Assembly (NCBI GenBank): GCA_964573635.1
Contig: CAZNKG010000005.1
Span: 29,759 to 93,758, forward strand
DNA length: 64,000 nucleotides
Origin: an uncultured Desulfatibacillum sp.
GTDB taxonomy: Bacteria; Desulfobacterota; Desulfobacteria; Desulfobacterales; SpSt-501
Direction: 5' to 3'
Part shown: one piece after another, positions 1 through 9,210 of the stretch
Layout of the letters: each line of letters starts with the position of its first letter
Position numbering within the stretch: the first letter of the stretch is position 1
Notes under the pieces: model-generated
Told to the model about the DNA's origin: nothing
Database searches by the model: none
What the model saw: only the letters and a program-made list of their open reading frames with translations
Translations under genes and position numbers: made by a program

Positions 1-258
1 GGAGGGCGACAGCAGCTTAAGCGGGTTCAGGCTCATCCCCGCGAGCGGCGGGTCGATCAAGAGGGCGAGCGCGAACAGGACCACGTTGATGCCGATCAGG
101 GACTTGACCAGCAGCGCCGGGTTCGCGAGCCACCGCGGGGCGAGCAGGCGCCGCCACCCGGCGGCGGGATGACGGATCCCGCAGAACGGGCAGCGGGCCT
201 CGCTCGTGCTGATCAGCTTGCGGCAGCCGGGGCACAGGATCGATTGCCGCGGGCTCAC
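1..258 (-). CDS. Rhomboid-family intramembrane protease with N-terminal Cys4 zinc-ribbon (5' part only; runs off window edge)
   Basis: Not in the ORF track. Manual translation from GTG at 258, which overlaps the upstream TGA: MSPRQSILCPGCRKLISTSEARCPFCG...LIGINVVLFALALLID..., open to position 1. CxxC-x10-CxxC followed by a hydrophobic 'LIGINVVLF' helix is typical of deltaproteobacterial rhomboids. The catalytic GxSG is outside the window. Confidence 0.6.
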   Translation of the reverse strand, partial: MSPRQSILCPGCRKLISTSEARCPFCGIRHPAAGWRRLLAPRWLANPALLVKSLIGINVVLFALALLIDPPLAGMSLNPLKLLSPS

Positions 259-578
259 GCCGATACCCAGGCGAGCGAGTCGGGGATCAGCGGCCCCTTC
301 ACCTGCTCCGAAAGCCGGCGCAGCGTATCCCGGAGATCGGCCATTCGGCGGTCGATCGTCGCCCGGCTGGGAGACCAATCGGCCGGGCAGGCGGTGCGCA
401 GGTTTTCGAGTTCGGCGTTGATCTCGTCCACGATCGCGTGCAGGTTGCGGATCGAGGCGAAGGCCGTTTCCTTTTGAGCGTTCGGCAGGCGGTCGACCAC
501 CCGCAGGACATCGTAGATCCGCGCCTTCCAGCCGGTCAGCTGGGTTTCGAGCGCGCTGCAGTAAGCGGAAACCTCCAT
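255..578 (-). CDS. Hypothetical helical protein (107 aa)
   Basis: GGAGGA RBS upstream; coiled-coil-like amphipathic sequence; GTGA overlap with the downstream gene. Confidence 0.75.
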   Translation of the reverse strand: MEVSAYCSALETQLTGWKARIYDVLRVVDRLPNAQKETAFASIRNLHAIVDEINAELENLRTACPADWSPSRATIDRRMADLRDTLRRLSEQVKGPLIPDSLAWVSA

Positions 579-837
579 GGGATCCTCCGTTGGCTGGTTT
601 CAGTCAATGGCGCCGTCCGCGGCCCGATGCGGCGAAGGGGCGCGGCGCACGAGGGCGACAGGGCTAACTTAATGACCGGCCGCCCGCTTGGCAACCGGCC
701 GGAAAACGGGGCCCCCTCCGGCGGCCCGCGCGGCCCCGATTTGACACCGGCGCCCCTTCCGGTCTATCCATGACCATACGATCCGCGCCCGCGGCCCCGG
801 CCGCAGCGCGGACCGCGACCCGTCAGAGCCATTCCGC

Positions 838-1890
838 ATGACCGCAACCGCCGCCTCCACCCCATCCGCTTGCCCCCGGGCGCGCCCCCAGCCCTCCCGG
901 AAGGAGACCCTCGTCGGGCTCGCCGTGCTGCTGTGCCTCGCCGCCGTCGCCGCAGCCGTGGTCGAGCGGCAGTTCCGCTTCAACCCGGCGGTGGAGAATT
1001 TCCTGGCGATCGCCTCCGGCCGCAGCGCCATGGGCTCCGCGGGGGCCGCGCCGCCCGCATCCGACCTCCTGGTCAAGCTTCCCGAGGGCCTGAAACCTCT
1101 CTCGCCGATCGAGCGCTTCGACCGCGAAACGCTGTCGGACAAGATCGACGGCAAGGCCGAGCTCTATCTCTCCGCGGGCTTCGTCGCCCTCGAAAGCCAG
1201 CGCTTCGCCCGCTCCGCGCAGCCCGATCGGTGGATCGAGGCCTTCGTCTACGACATGGGCTCCGCGGCCAACGCCTTCGCGGTCTTCAGCTCCCAGCGCC
1301 GCCCCGGGGTCGAATCCCTGGAGATCGCCCAGCATGCCTACCGCGCGGAGAACGCGCTCTTTTTCACCGCCGGCGACCGCTACGTCGAGCTCATCGGCTC
1401 CGAGAACGAGGCTCCCCTCATGGAGGCCATGCTGGCGCTCGCCCAGGTCCTGCTGGACGCCCGACCCGCGCCGCCGGCCCGCGCCGACGACCGGGATCTT
1501 TTTCCGCCGGAGTCGCTCGCGGCCGACACCATCCGTCTCATCCCGCAGGACGCCTTCGGCCTGGCGGGCTTCGACCGCGTCTACACCGCCGCCTACCGGC
1601 AGGGGAGCGCCGCGGCGATCGCCTTCCTGTCGCGGCGCGAGTCGCCTCAAGCGGCGCAGGCGCTGCTCGCCGCATATGCCGCGATGCTGCGCGGCTTCGG
1701 CGCGGCCGTGGAGGCCGTCGACCGCCCGGTCGCGGGGGCGCTCGCGGCCGACGTGCTCGACTTCCAGGAGATCGTCTTTTGCCAGGGGCCTTTCATCGCC
1801 GGCATCCGCGAGGCGGCGGACCGGGGCCAGGCGGCCGCGCTCGCCGCAAAGCTTTCCCGGCGCCTGAAGGAGGCCGGAATTGACCCGTGA
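838..1890 (+). CDS. Membrane-anchored periplasmic protein, DUF6599-like (two repeats)
   Basis: N-terminal TM (LVGLAVLLCLAAVAAAVV); motif ETLSDKIDGKAELYL...YDMGSAANAFAVFS; overlaps the next gene. Confidence 0.7.
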   Translation: MTATAASTPSACPRARPQPSRKETLVGLAVLLCLAAVAAAVVERQFRFNPAVENFLAIASGRSAMGSAGAAPPASDLLVKLPEGLKPLSPIERFDRETLSDKIDGKAELYLSAGFVALESQRFARSAQPDRWIEAFVYDMGSAANAFAVFSSQRRPGVESLEIAQHAYRAENALFFTAGDRYVELIGSENEAPLMEAMLALAQVLLDARPAPPARADDRDLFPPESLAADTIRLIPQDAFGLAGFDRVYTAAYRQGSAAAIAFLSRRESPQAAQALLAAYAAMLRGFGAAVEAVDRPVAGALAADVLDFQEIVFCQGPFIAGIREAADRGQAAALAAKLSRRLKEAGIDP

Positions 1891-2866
1891 GGCCGAAGGC
1901 GTCAATCGCCGCGAATTCATCCGCCGGGCGGCCAAGGCCGGCGCGGCCGCGCTCGCCGCGGGTGCGGTCGGCCTCGCGGCTCACGACCCCCACGGCCCCG
2001 ACCCGGCCGCCGGCGCCGCACCCGCCGAGCGGCTGAGGGATTTCTCCGTTCCCGCGGCGGGCCGGAAAATGGCGATCGCCCGGGGGGCCGAGCGGGCCGT
2101 GACGCTGGACCGCGCGCTCAAGGCCATCGGCGGCATCGAGGCCTTCATCCGGCCGGGCGACCGGGTCGTCATCAAGGTCAACGCCGCCTTCGCCTCCCCG
2201 CCGTCCCTCGGCGCCACCACCCACCCGCTGGTCGTTTCCGGCCTCGTGCGCCTTTGCCGGGGCGCCGGCGCGTCGGCGGTGATCGTGACCGACAACCCGA
2301 TCAACGACCCGGCGACCTGCTTCGCGCTCACGGGGATCGGCGCCGCGGCGCGGGAGGCCGGAGCCGAGGTGGTCCTGCCGGCCGAGTCGCAGTTCCGGCC
2401 GCTGTCGCTTCCGGGCGGCCGCCTGATCCGCGACTGGCCGGTGCTCGCCGGCCCGCTCGATCGGGCGACCAAGCTGATCGGCGTCGCCCCGGTCAAGGAC
2501 CATCACCGCAGCGGGGCCTCGATGACGCTCAAGAACTGGTACGGCCTGCTCGGCGGCCGGCGCAACATCTTCCACCAGGACGTCCATGCGATCATCGCCG
2601 AGCTGGCGCTCCTGGCGAAGCCGACGCTCGTCGTCCTGGACGGCACGGTCACGATGATGACCAACGGGCCGACGGGCGGCTCGCTCGCGGATCTCAAGGA
2701 GACCGGGATGCTCATCGCGGGCACCGACCCGGTGGCGGTCGACGCCTGCGGCGCCTCGCTTCTCGGCCGCGCGCCGGATGAACTCCCCTTCCTCGGCCAG
2801 GCGGCGGCCGCGGGCGCCGGCACGCTCGATTTCCGCGCGCTCAACCCGGTCGAGGTGCCGGCATGA
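1880..2866 (+). CDS. DUF362 domain protein with Tat signal
   Basis: NRREFIRRAAKAGAAALAAG twin-arginine signal; GDRVVIKVN, TTHP, VKDH, TLKNWYG, DPVAVD motifs. Confidence 0.85.
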   Translation: MTREAEGVNRREFIRRAAKAGAAALAAGAVGLAAHDPHGPDPAAGAAPAERLRDFSVPAAGRKMAIARGAERAVTLDRALKAIGGIEAFIRPGDRVVIKVNAAFASPPSLGATTHPLVVSGLVRLCRGAGASAVIVTDNPINDPATCFALTGIGAAAREAGAEVVLPAESQFRPLSLPGGRLIRDWPVLAGPLDRATKLIGVAPVKDHHRSGASMTLKNWYGLLGGRRNIFHQDVHAIIAELALLAKPTLVVLDGTVTMMTNGPTGGSLADLKETGMLIAGTDPVAVDACGASLLGRAPDELPFLGQAAAAGAGTLDFRALNPVEVPA

Positions 2867-4602
2867 GGATCGTCAACGCCCGCCGGGCGAGCCAGGTCTT
2901 CTTCCTCGCCCTCTTCGCCTGGTTCAGCGCCGCGGCGACCCTGGGCGACCGGTGGTGGGAGCTTCGCGGCTGGCCGGTCAACTGGATGCTCGAGCTCGAC
3001 CCGCTCGTGGGGTTCGCCACCCTGCTCTCGACGGGGGCTCTCTACGCCGGCCTCGCCTGGGGGCTTGCCGTCATCGGGCTGACGCTGCTCTTCGGACGGG
3101 TCTTCTGCGGGTGGATCTGCCCCTTCGGCGCGCTCCACCAGGCGGTGGGCTTCCTCGGCCGGGCCGGACGGCCGCTCGCCGCCAAGCTCGCCGCGAACCG
3201 TTTCCGCCCCGCCCAGGCCGTGAAATACCTCCTGCTCGCGGTTTTCATCGCGGCGGCGCTGCGCCTTCCCGCCCCCTGGCCGGAATCGGCCTCGCTGCAG
3301 ATCGGGCTCCTCGACCCGCTCGCGCTCCTGCACCGCTCGATCAACCTCGCCGTGCAGCCGCTCGTCGACCGCCATCCCCTGCCGCGCCTCGCCGAGGGCG
3401 CCGGGCTGATCGGCGCCGTCTTCGCGGCGGCGCTCCTGTTAAACCTGCGCGTGCCGCGCTTCTACTGCCGCTTCCTCTGCCCGCTGGGGGCGCTGCTCGG
3501 CCTGCTCGGGCGCCTGAGCATCTGGCGCATCGGGCGCGCGCCGGAGGCGTGCACCGGCTGCACGCTGTGCGAGCGCAGCTGCGAAGGCGCCTGCGAGCCG
3601 GCGCAGACCATCCGCACGAGCGAATGCGTGATGTGCCTGAACTGCCTCGACGACTGCCGGCACGCGGCCATCGCCTACCGCGCGGCGCCGCCTGCGGCGG
3701 GCGAAATTCCGCTGCCGGACATCGGGCGCCGGCGCCTGCTCGCCGGCGGCCTCTGCGGCCTGCTCGCCGCCCCGGTCCTGCGGCTCTCCGGCGTCGCCGC
3801 GGCGAACTACGACCCGCGGCTCGTCCGGCCGCCGGGGGCGCTCCCCGAGGCCGAATTCCTCGCGCGCTGCATCAAGTGCGGCCAGTGCATGCGCGTCTGC
3901 CCGACCAACGTCATCCACCCGGCCGGTCTCGAAGCCGGGCTGGAGGGGCTGTGGACCCCGCGGCTCAATTTCCGCATCGGCGCGAGCGGCTGCCAGCACA
4001 CCTGCATCGCCTGCGGCCACCTCTGCCCCACGGCGGCGATCCGGCCGCTCAGCCTGGACGAGCGCCTGGGCCGCGGGCGCTTCGCCGGCCGCGGCGCCCT
4101 GCGCATCGGCACGGCCTTCATCGACCGCGGCCGCTGCCTGCCCTGGGCCATGGACAAGCCCTGCATCGTCTGCCAGGAGAACTGCCCGGTCAGCCCCAAA
4201 GCCATTTTCACCCGCGAGGTGTTCCAGCCGGTGCGCACCGAAACGCCCCTGATGCTCGCCGCCGCCGAGGGCCCGCGCCTGAGGCTCTCCGCCGAGGCGC
4301 TCGCCCCGGAGCGCTACGCCGGCGGCGACCACTACGCCCTCATCGGCGGGGAGCGCCGGGCGCGGATCGCCGCCAACGGCGCGGACTGGCTCGAGGTCTC
4401 GGGAGAAGCGGGGCTCGCCGCCGCCGCGAAGCCCGGAGGCGCCATCGCCATCCTCGTCCGGCTGCAGCAGCCCGTCGTCGACCCGCAGCGGTGCATCGGC
4501 TGCGGGGTCTGCGAACACGAGTGCCCGGTGACGGGCCTGCGCGCCATCCGGGTGAGCGCCGAAAACGAATCCCGCAGCCCCGGGCGGCGGATGATCATCT
4601 GA
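2863..4602 (+). CDS. Membrane-bound polyferredoxin (NapH/MauN-type membrane part fused to NapG/MauM-type 4Fe-4S part)
   Basis: GRVFCGWICPFG and RFYCRFLCPLG CxxxCP motifs; multiple CxxCxxCxxxC(P) motifs (CTGCTLCERSC, CIKCGQCMRVCP, CIGCGVCEHECP). Confidence 0.88.
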   Translation: MRIVNARRASQVFFLALFAWFSAAATLGDRWWELRGWPVNWMLELDPLVGFATLLSTGALYAGLAWGLAVIGLTLLFGRVFCGWICPFGALHQAVGFLGRAGRPLAAKLAANRFRPAQAVKYLLLAVFIAAALRLPAPWPESASLQIGLLDPLALLHRSINLAVQPLVDRHPLPRLAEGAGLIGAVFAAALLLNLRVPRFYCRFLCPLGALLGLLGRLSIWRIGRAPEACTGCTLCERSCEGACEPAQTIRTSECVMCLNCLDDCRHAAIAYRAAPPAAGEIPLPDIGRRRLLAGGLCGLLAAPVLRLSGVAAANYDPRLVRPPGALPEAEFLARCIKCGQCMRVCPTNVIHPAGLEAGLEGLWTPRLNFRIGASGCQHTCIACGHLCPTAAIRPLSLDERLGRGRFAGRGALRIGTAFIDRGRCLPWAMDKPCIVCQENCPVSPKAIFTREVFQPVRTETPLMLAAAEGPRLRLSAEALAPERYAGGDHYALIGGERRARIAANGADWLEVSGEAGLAAAAKPGGAIAILVRLQQPVVDPQRCIGCGVCEHECPVTGLRAIRVSAENESRSPGRRMII

Positions 4603-4632
4603 CCCGACCGGTTTTTAGAAAGGAAAACGATC

Positions 4633-5838
4633 ATGGACACGAAACCGCATCGCTGCTCCCGCCGGGCTTTCCTCAAGACCACCGGCGCGGCGGGCCTCGG
4701 CCTGCTCGCCGCCTCGGCCGCTCCGGGCCTGCTCGGGGCCGAGGAGCCCCCGATGGTCCCCACCCGCCCCTTCGGCAAGACCGGGGCCCGGGTCGCCATC
4801 CTGTCGCTCGGGGGCATGTTCGACATCCCCTCCAACCAGCTCATGCTGCGCCAGGCGGTGAAGTGGGGCGTGACCTACTGGGACACCGCCAACTCCTACG
4901 AGGGGGGCAACAGCGAGCTCGGCATCGGGAAGTACTTCGCCCGCTTCCCCGAGGACCGCAAGAAGATCTTCCTCGTCACCAAGTCCACGGCCTGGACCGT
5001 GAAGGGCATGGGCGACCACCTGGACCTCTCCCTCGAGCGGATGCAGACCGATTACGTCGATCTCTTCTTCGTCCACGCCATCCGGCGCATCTCGACCATG
5101 GACGCGGAGATCCGCCAGTTCGGCGAAAAGGCCAAGTCCTCCGGCAAGATCCGCTTCTTCGGCTTCAGCACGCACAGCAACATGGAGGAGTGCCTGCTCG
5201 GGGCCGCCAAGCTCGGGTGGATCGACGGCATCATGATGACCTACAACTACCGCCTGATGCACACCGACGACATGCGCCGCGCGGTGGACGCCTGCGCGCA
5301 GGCGGGGATCGGGCTGACCGCCATGAAGACCCAGGGCGGCGGCCAGGTGCTCGCGGGCAGCGACCGGGAGCTCAAGCTGGGGGGGCGCTTCCTGGCGAGC
5401 GGCTACACCGAGGGGCAGGCGAAGCTCAAGGCGGTCTGGGAGAACCCGCAGATCGCCGCGATCTGCTCGCAGATGCCTTCCATGGCGCTGCTCTCCGAGA
5501 ACACCGCGGCCGCGGCGAACAAGACGCGGCTCTCCGCCCGGGACAAGGCGCGCCTGGCGGCCGAGGCGCAGGCCGGCGCCGCGGGCTACTGCGCCGGCTG
5601 CACGGCGCGCTGCGAGACGGCCCTGGGCGACGCCGTGCCGGTGGGGAAAGTCATGCGCTACCTCATGTACAGCCGCTGCTACGGCCGCCGGGACTACGCC
5701 CGCAGCCGCTTCCGGGCGCTTCCGCCGGCCTCGCGCGCGGCCCTCGCCCGCATCGACTACGGCCCGGCCGAGGCGCGCTGCCCGCAGGGGATGCCGATCG
5801 GCAAGCTCATGCGCGAGGCCGAGAGCGAGCTCGCCTGA
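4633..5838 (+). CDS. Aldo/keto reductase with Tat signal and C-terminal Fe-S motif
   Basis: SRRAFLKTTGAAGLG signal; AKR tetrad-like WDTA, Y(EGG), VTK, DLFFVH; C-terminal CAGCTARC...CPQG. Confidence 0.88.
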   Translation: MDTKPHRCSRRAFLKTTGAAGLGLLAASAAPGLLGAEEPPMVPTRPFGKTGARVAILSLGGMFDIPSNQLMLRQAVKWGVTYWDTANSYEGGNSELGIGKYFARFPEDRKKIFLVTKSTAWTVKGMGDHLDLSLERMQTDYVDLFFVHAIRRISTMDAEIRQFGEKAKSSGKIRFFGFSTHSNMEECLLGAAKLGWIDGIMMTYNYRLMHTDDMRRAVDACAQAGIGLTAMKTQGGGQVLAGSDRELKLGGRFLASGYTEGQAKLKAVWENPQIAAICSQMPSMALLSENTAAAANKTRLSARDKARLAAEAQAGAAGYCAGCTARCETALGDAVPVGKVMRYLMYSRCYGRRDYARSRFRALPPASRAALARIDYGPAEARCPQGMPIGKLMREAESELA

Positions 5839-5943
5839 CGCCGTACCGCAGCGGCCGCCGCGCGGTCCTTCCCGGCGGCCTCAAGCGGCCGAAGCCGCCC
5901 GGAGAAGGGATCGAACCGCCGCGCGCAAAAAAAAATTCGTAAC

Positions 5944-5962
5944 TGTGACCGCATCTGTCACA
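5944..5962. promoter_or_regulatory. Candidate transcription-factor operator (TGTGAC-N7-GTCACA)
   Basis: Perfect 6-bp inverted repeat just after an A-rich patch in the intergenic region upstream of the small ORFs. Confidence 0.3.
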
Positions 5963-6059
5963 CCGCCCGGATAGGTTGGATGCCAGAAACAGGAAGTCCC
6001 GGCGGCGGCCGCCGCCGGGGACGGCGGCAATCAACCCACACGAAGCGGGGAGGCGGTCG

Positions 6060-6230
6060 ATGGCGCGCAGAACCGAGGCGGACGATTTCCGGGATCGCTA
6101 CGAGTACCATGGCTCCACCACGATCGAGCGCACGCGTCTTTTGGACGGCGAGCCGGTGTGGCGCGACTGGCTCATCTTCGACAGCATCGAAGAGGCCGAG
6201 GACTATTACAACCTGAGCTGCTGCAGCTGA
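6060..6230 (+). CDS. Small acidic hypothetical protein (56 aa)
   Basis: GGGAGG RBS before ATG 6060; MARRTEADDFRDRYEYHG...WRDWLIFDSIEEAEDYYNLSCCS; composition is unlike GC shadow ORFs. Confidence 0.7.
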   Translation: MARRTEADDFRDRYEYHGSTTIERTRLLDGEPVWRDWLIFDSIEEAEDYYNLSCCS

Positions 6231-6247
6231 GACCGGCAGGAGGGGCC

Positions 6248-6577
6248 ATGGAATCGGACAGCAGCATGGTGGGGGTCGGCTGCTTTGCCGACGAGCGGAC
6301 CGTCGCGCGCGCTCTGCGCCGGGCGGTCGAACATTACCTTCTCGGCAGCTGGGAGCCGGCGGCAGCCGGCGGCTTCGGGGCCGTCGGGGAGGGGCGCCTG
6401 CTCGAGCGCCTCTGCGGCGCGGCCGCGCCGGCGCCGGCCGAGCGGATCACCGGGTTTCTTCTCGCCTTCCGGGGAAGCCGCCTGCACCTCCGGCTCTACT
6501 CCCGAGGCGGCCCGCGGCCGCGGCGCACCTACCGCCTCGACGAGCTTGCGGATCTGCGGCGGAAGCGGATGCATTAG
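6248..6577 (+). CDS. Hypothetical protein (109 aa)
   Basis: AGGAGG RBS before ATG 6248; follows the 56-aa ORF with a 17-nt gap. Confidence 0.55.
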   Translation: MESDSSMVGVGCFADERTVARALRRAVEHYLLGSWEPAAAGGFGAVGEGRLLERLCGAAAPAPAERITGFLLAFRGSRLHLRLYSRGGPRPRRTYRLDELADLRRKRMH

Positions 6578-6685
6578 CCGCGGTGCGCGGCTTGGCCGCG
6601 TCCCAACGCTGTTCCGGCTCACCGCCGCGGCCGCCCGGCAGCGAGCGGCGCCGGGGGCGGCCCTTCCGCTCTTCCGAAGCGAGGG

Positions 6686-7171
6686 CTACTCCTTCGGGTG
6701 GCACCCCGCGCAGGTCGTCGGCCCCGTCTTGGGCAGCGGCTTCTTCAGCGTTTGGAGGGATCTTTCGAGGGCGGCGCTCTTGGCCTTCATCTCCTTGTGG
6801 CAGCCGATGCACTGCTTGTGGTAGGCGGTCTTGAAGTAGGCCATGACGGCCTCCTCGTCGACCTTCTCGCCCGGCTTCGCCTTGGGGATCTCGGTCTGGT
6901 CGTGGCAGCCGGAGGTCATGCAGCCGACGATGGGCTCGGTCAGGCCCCAGGTGTGGTGGCAGGAGACGCAGGTGAAGTCGAAATGCTTGGCATGCCGGAA
7001 TTCCACGGCGGCGCGCTTGGGCTCGACCCCGTCCGGGGCCTTGAGCTCGATGACGCCCATCGGAACGCACATCTCCTCCTTGGCGCTCGAGCCCGAAAAA
7101 ACCTGGGCAGCGCCCAGAAGCCCGAACGCCGCCACCCCGAGGATCACCCGCCCGACGCTGCACTTTCCCAT
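6686..7171 (-). CDS. Tetraheme class III cytochrome c (cytochrome c3)
   Basis: Signal peptide; heme motifs CVSCHH, CMTSGCH, CIGCH, CAGCH; distal His in FRHAKH and AYH. Confidence 0.93.
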   Translation of the reverse strand: MGKCSVGRVILGVAAFGLLGAAQVFSGSSAKEEMCVPMGVIELKAPDGVEPKRAAVEFRHAKHFDFTCVSCHHTWGLTEPIVGCMTSGCHDQTEIPKAKPGEKVDEEAVMAYFKTAYHKQCIGCHKEMKAKSAALERSLQTLKKPLPKTGPTTCAGCHPKE

Positions 7172-7360
7172 GACGCCTCCCCTGCAGAGATATCGCTTGC
7201 CGCGATCATAACTATACCGATGGAAACCCAGCCGTTACCGTCCACCGGAGGCCTTCGCGTTTGGGAGATGATTAATGCGCGAAAACGATGGAAAGATCAA
7301 TAGCAAAGTTTGGCGCCGGCGGGCGCGCGCGTTCGGAAGCGGGCGCGGCGGAAAACTCGG

Positions 7361-9193
7361 TCAGGCAGGCAGGCGGATGGTGAAGGTGCAGCCGGGGCCG
7401 GGGTTGTTCGACGCCGACACCTCCCCGCCCAGGAGCGCCACGAAGCGCCGCACCAGGGCAAGCCCGATCCCGGTCCCCCCGGCGGCCCCCGAGGCGGCCG
7501 CCTTCGAGCGGTAGAAGTCGTGGAACACCTTTTTCAAGTCCGCCGGCGGGATCCCGGGGCCGGTGTCGGAGAGCTCGATCCGCACCCGGCGGCCCTCTTC
7601 GGCGAGGCGGATGGCGATGTGCTTCTGCGGCGATGAGCGGCCGAACTTGACGCTGTTCTCGACCAGGTTGATGAGCACCTGGACCATGATCTCGCGGTCG
7701 TAGCGGAAGGGGCGCGCGAGCCGGTTCTCGACCGTGAGCGCGAACCCGCCCTGCCGCAGCCCCTCCTCCATGAGCCCGCGCACCTCCTCCAGCACATCCT
7801 CGAAGCTTCCGCTGCGCAGCTCGGGCCGGCGGTGCCGCTTCTCGAGCCGCGAGAGCTCGAGAACGCTTCCGATCAGCCGCGACAGCCGCGCCCCTTCGGA
7901 CTGCAGGATGCGGAAGTAGTCCCGCTCGCGCTCGGGGTCCCGGGCCATGCCCTGCTCCAGCATCTCGATGTACATGCGGATGTTGGTGAGCGGCGTCTTG
8001 AGCTCGTGGGTGACCGAGGAGACGAAGCGCGCCTGGCGCTCCGAGAAGTCGACGATCTTGCGGGCGCCCATGTAGATCGCGGCGACCCCCAGGAGGAACA
8101 CGGCGGCGAGCGCGGCGAGCAGCCGGTTCAGCGTCGCCCGACCGGCGGCGGCCGGGATCCGCTCGCAGGCGAGCGCCGCGCGCAGAAAGCCGAAGGGCGG
8201 AGCGAAGGAGCGCTCGAGCGCGAAGCGCGCCTCCCGGACCGGAACCCCGGCATCGAACCGCTTCACGGGCCGCCCCTGGTCGAGGGCCTCGAGGCGCAGG
8301 CGCGCGAATCCCGTCATGGGCTGGGAGGCGAAATAGGTGCCGGCCAGGTGGCCGAGGAGCGCGTCCACATCCAGCAGGAACCCCTGCCGGTGGATGCGGC
8401 CGTCGATGAGCACGCGCCGGAAGATGAAAACGCGGCTGTCGGTCAGGAACATGGATTGCAGCGGCGCCCCCTCGAATGCGGCGGCGGCCTCCACCAAATC
8501 CGGCTCCGGGCGCCTCTCTTCGAAAAACCCCGGCGCGTGCGCATAGCTCGACGCATAGCTCGACCTCCGCTTGCCGCCGGCCGGCGGCGCCGGCGGGGCC
8601 GTCCGCGACTCCGCGCGATCCTCGCGCATCAAGAGCTCTCTCTCGGGCGCCGGCGGCGGAACGGACGGGCCCCGCTGGAAGGCCGAGAGGTCGAGGTATC
8701 TTCCGGCGAAGGCCTTCGCCTGCGCCTTGCTTTCATCCTGGCCCGCGGCGACGGGCTCCTCGCGGACCCAGTCGGTTTTCTCGGCCCGCTTGCGGTTGAA
8801 GAGGCGGTTGGCCGCCTCGATCTCGGCCAGGCGTCCGGCCCGGTCGGAGGCTCCGGCCGCCGGTGCGGCCGTGTGCGGCGTCTGGAAGGAGCCGTCGGGG
8901 TTGTTCTGGAAGTAGCCCCGCACGAACCCCTCGGCGGGAAAGCGGGCCAGGCCGGCGGCGCCGGCGGTGTAGGCCTCGACCGGCCGCCCCTCCTCGCGGC
9001 GCACCGTCTCGGCAAGCGCCCCCTCGATCTCGTCGAACAGGGTCTCGGCGAAAAAACCCAAGGCGGCGGCCTCCTCGGCCTGCATGCCCCGGTAGGCGTG
9101 CCCGGCGAGAATGCCGAGGGGCACCGCGAGCGCCAGCCCGAAGAGCAGGATCAGCCGGGGAAGCGTGATCTGGCGTAAAAGCTCCTTCGGCAT
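7361..9193 (-). CDS. Membrane sensor histidine kinase
   Basis: Two TM helices flanking a large periplasmic domain; H-box SVTHELKTPL, N-box NLVENSVKF, DTGPGI, GTGIGL; start set at ATG 9193 (MPKELL). Confidence 0.92.
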   Translation of the reverse strand: MPKELLRQITLPRLILLFGLALAVPLGILAGHAYRGMQAEEAAALGFFAETLFDEIEGALAETVRREEGRPVEAYTAGAAGLARFPAEGFVRGYFQNNPDGSFQTPHTAAPAAGASDRAGRLAEIEAANRLFNRKRAEKTDWVREEPVAAGQDESKAQAKAFAGRYLDLSAFQRGPSVPPPAPERELLMREDRAESRTAPPAPPAGGKRRSSYASSYAHAPGFFEERRPEPDLVEAAAAFEGAPLQSMFLTDSRVFIFRRVLIDGRIHRQGFLLDVDALLGHLAGTYFASQPMTGFARLRLEALDQGRPVKRFDAGVPVREARFALERSFAPPFGFLRAALACERIPAAAGRATLNRLLAALAAVFLLGVAAIYMGARKIVDFSERQARFVSSVTHELKTPLTNIRMYIEMLEQGMARDPERERDYFRILQSEGARLSRLIGSVLELSRLEKRHRRPELRSGSFEDVLEEVRGLMEEGLRQGGFALTVENRLARPFRYDREIMVQVLINLVENSVKFGRSSPQKHIAIRLAEEGRRVRIELSDTGPGIPPADLKKVFHDFYRSKAAASGAAGGTGIGLALVRRFVALLGGEVSASNNPGPGCTFTIRLPA

Positions 9194-9210
9194 CGGCCGC
9201 TCTTTCCGCG

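Noticed and set aside
5895-5925. Reverse strand reads GGTTCGATCCC, like a tRNA T-loop
   Set aside because: The T-stem does not pair properly and no D or anticodon arm or acceptor stem can be built.
2778-5942. 1054-aa alternative-frame ORF, and similar giants at 22104-25901, 22451-25501, 42202-45249, 56187-60047 and 56477-60457
   Set aside because: Arg/Pro/Gly/Ala-rich, motif-free shadows of real genes, expected from stop-codon scarcity at high GC3.
8540-8563. 12-bp tandem duplication (CGCATAGCTCGA x2, encoding SSYA) in the kinase
   Set aside because: Only two in-frame copies in a low-complexity periplasmic linker; not an array or phase-variation tract.
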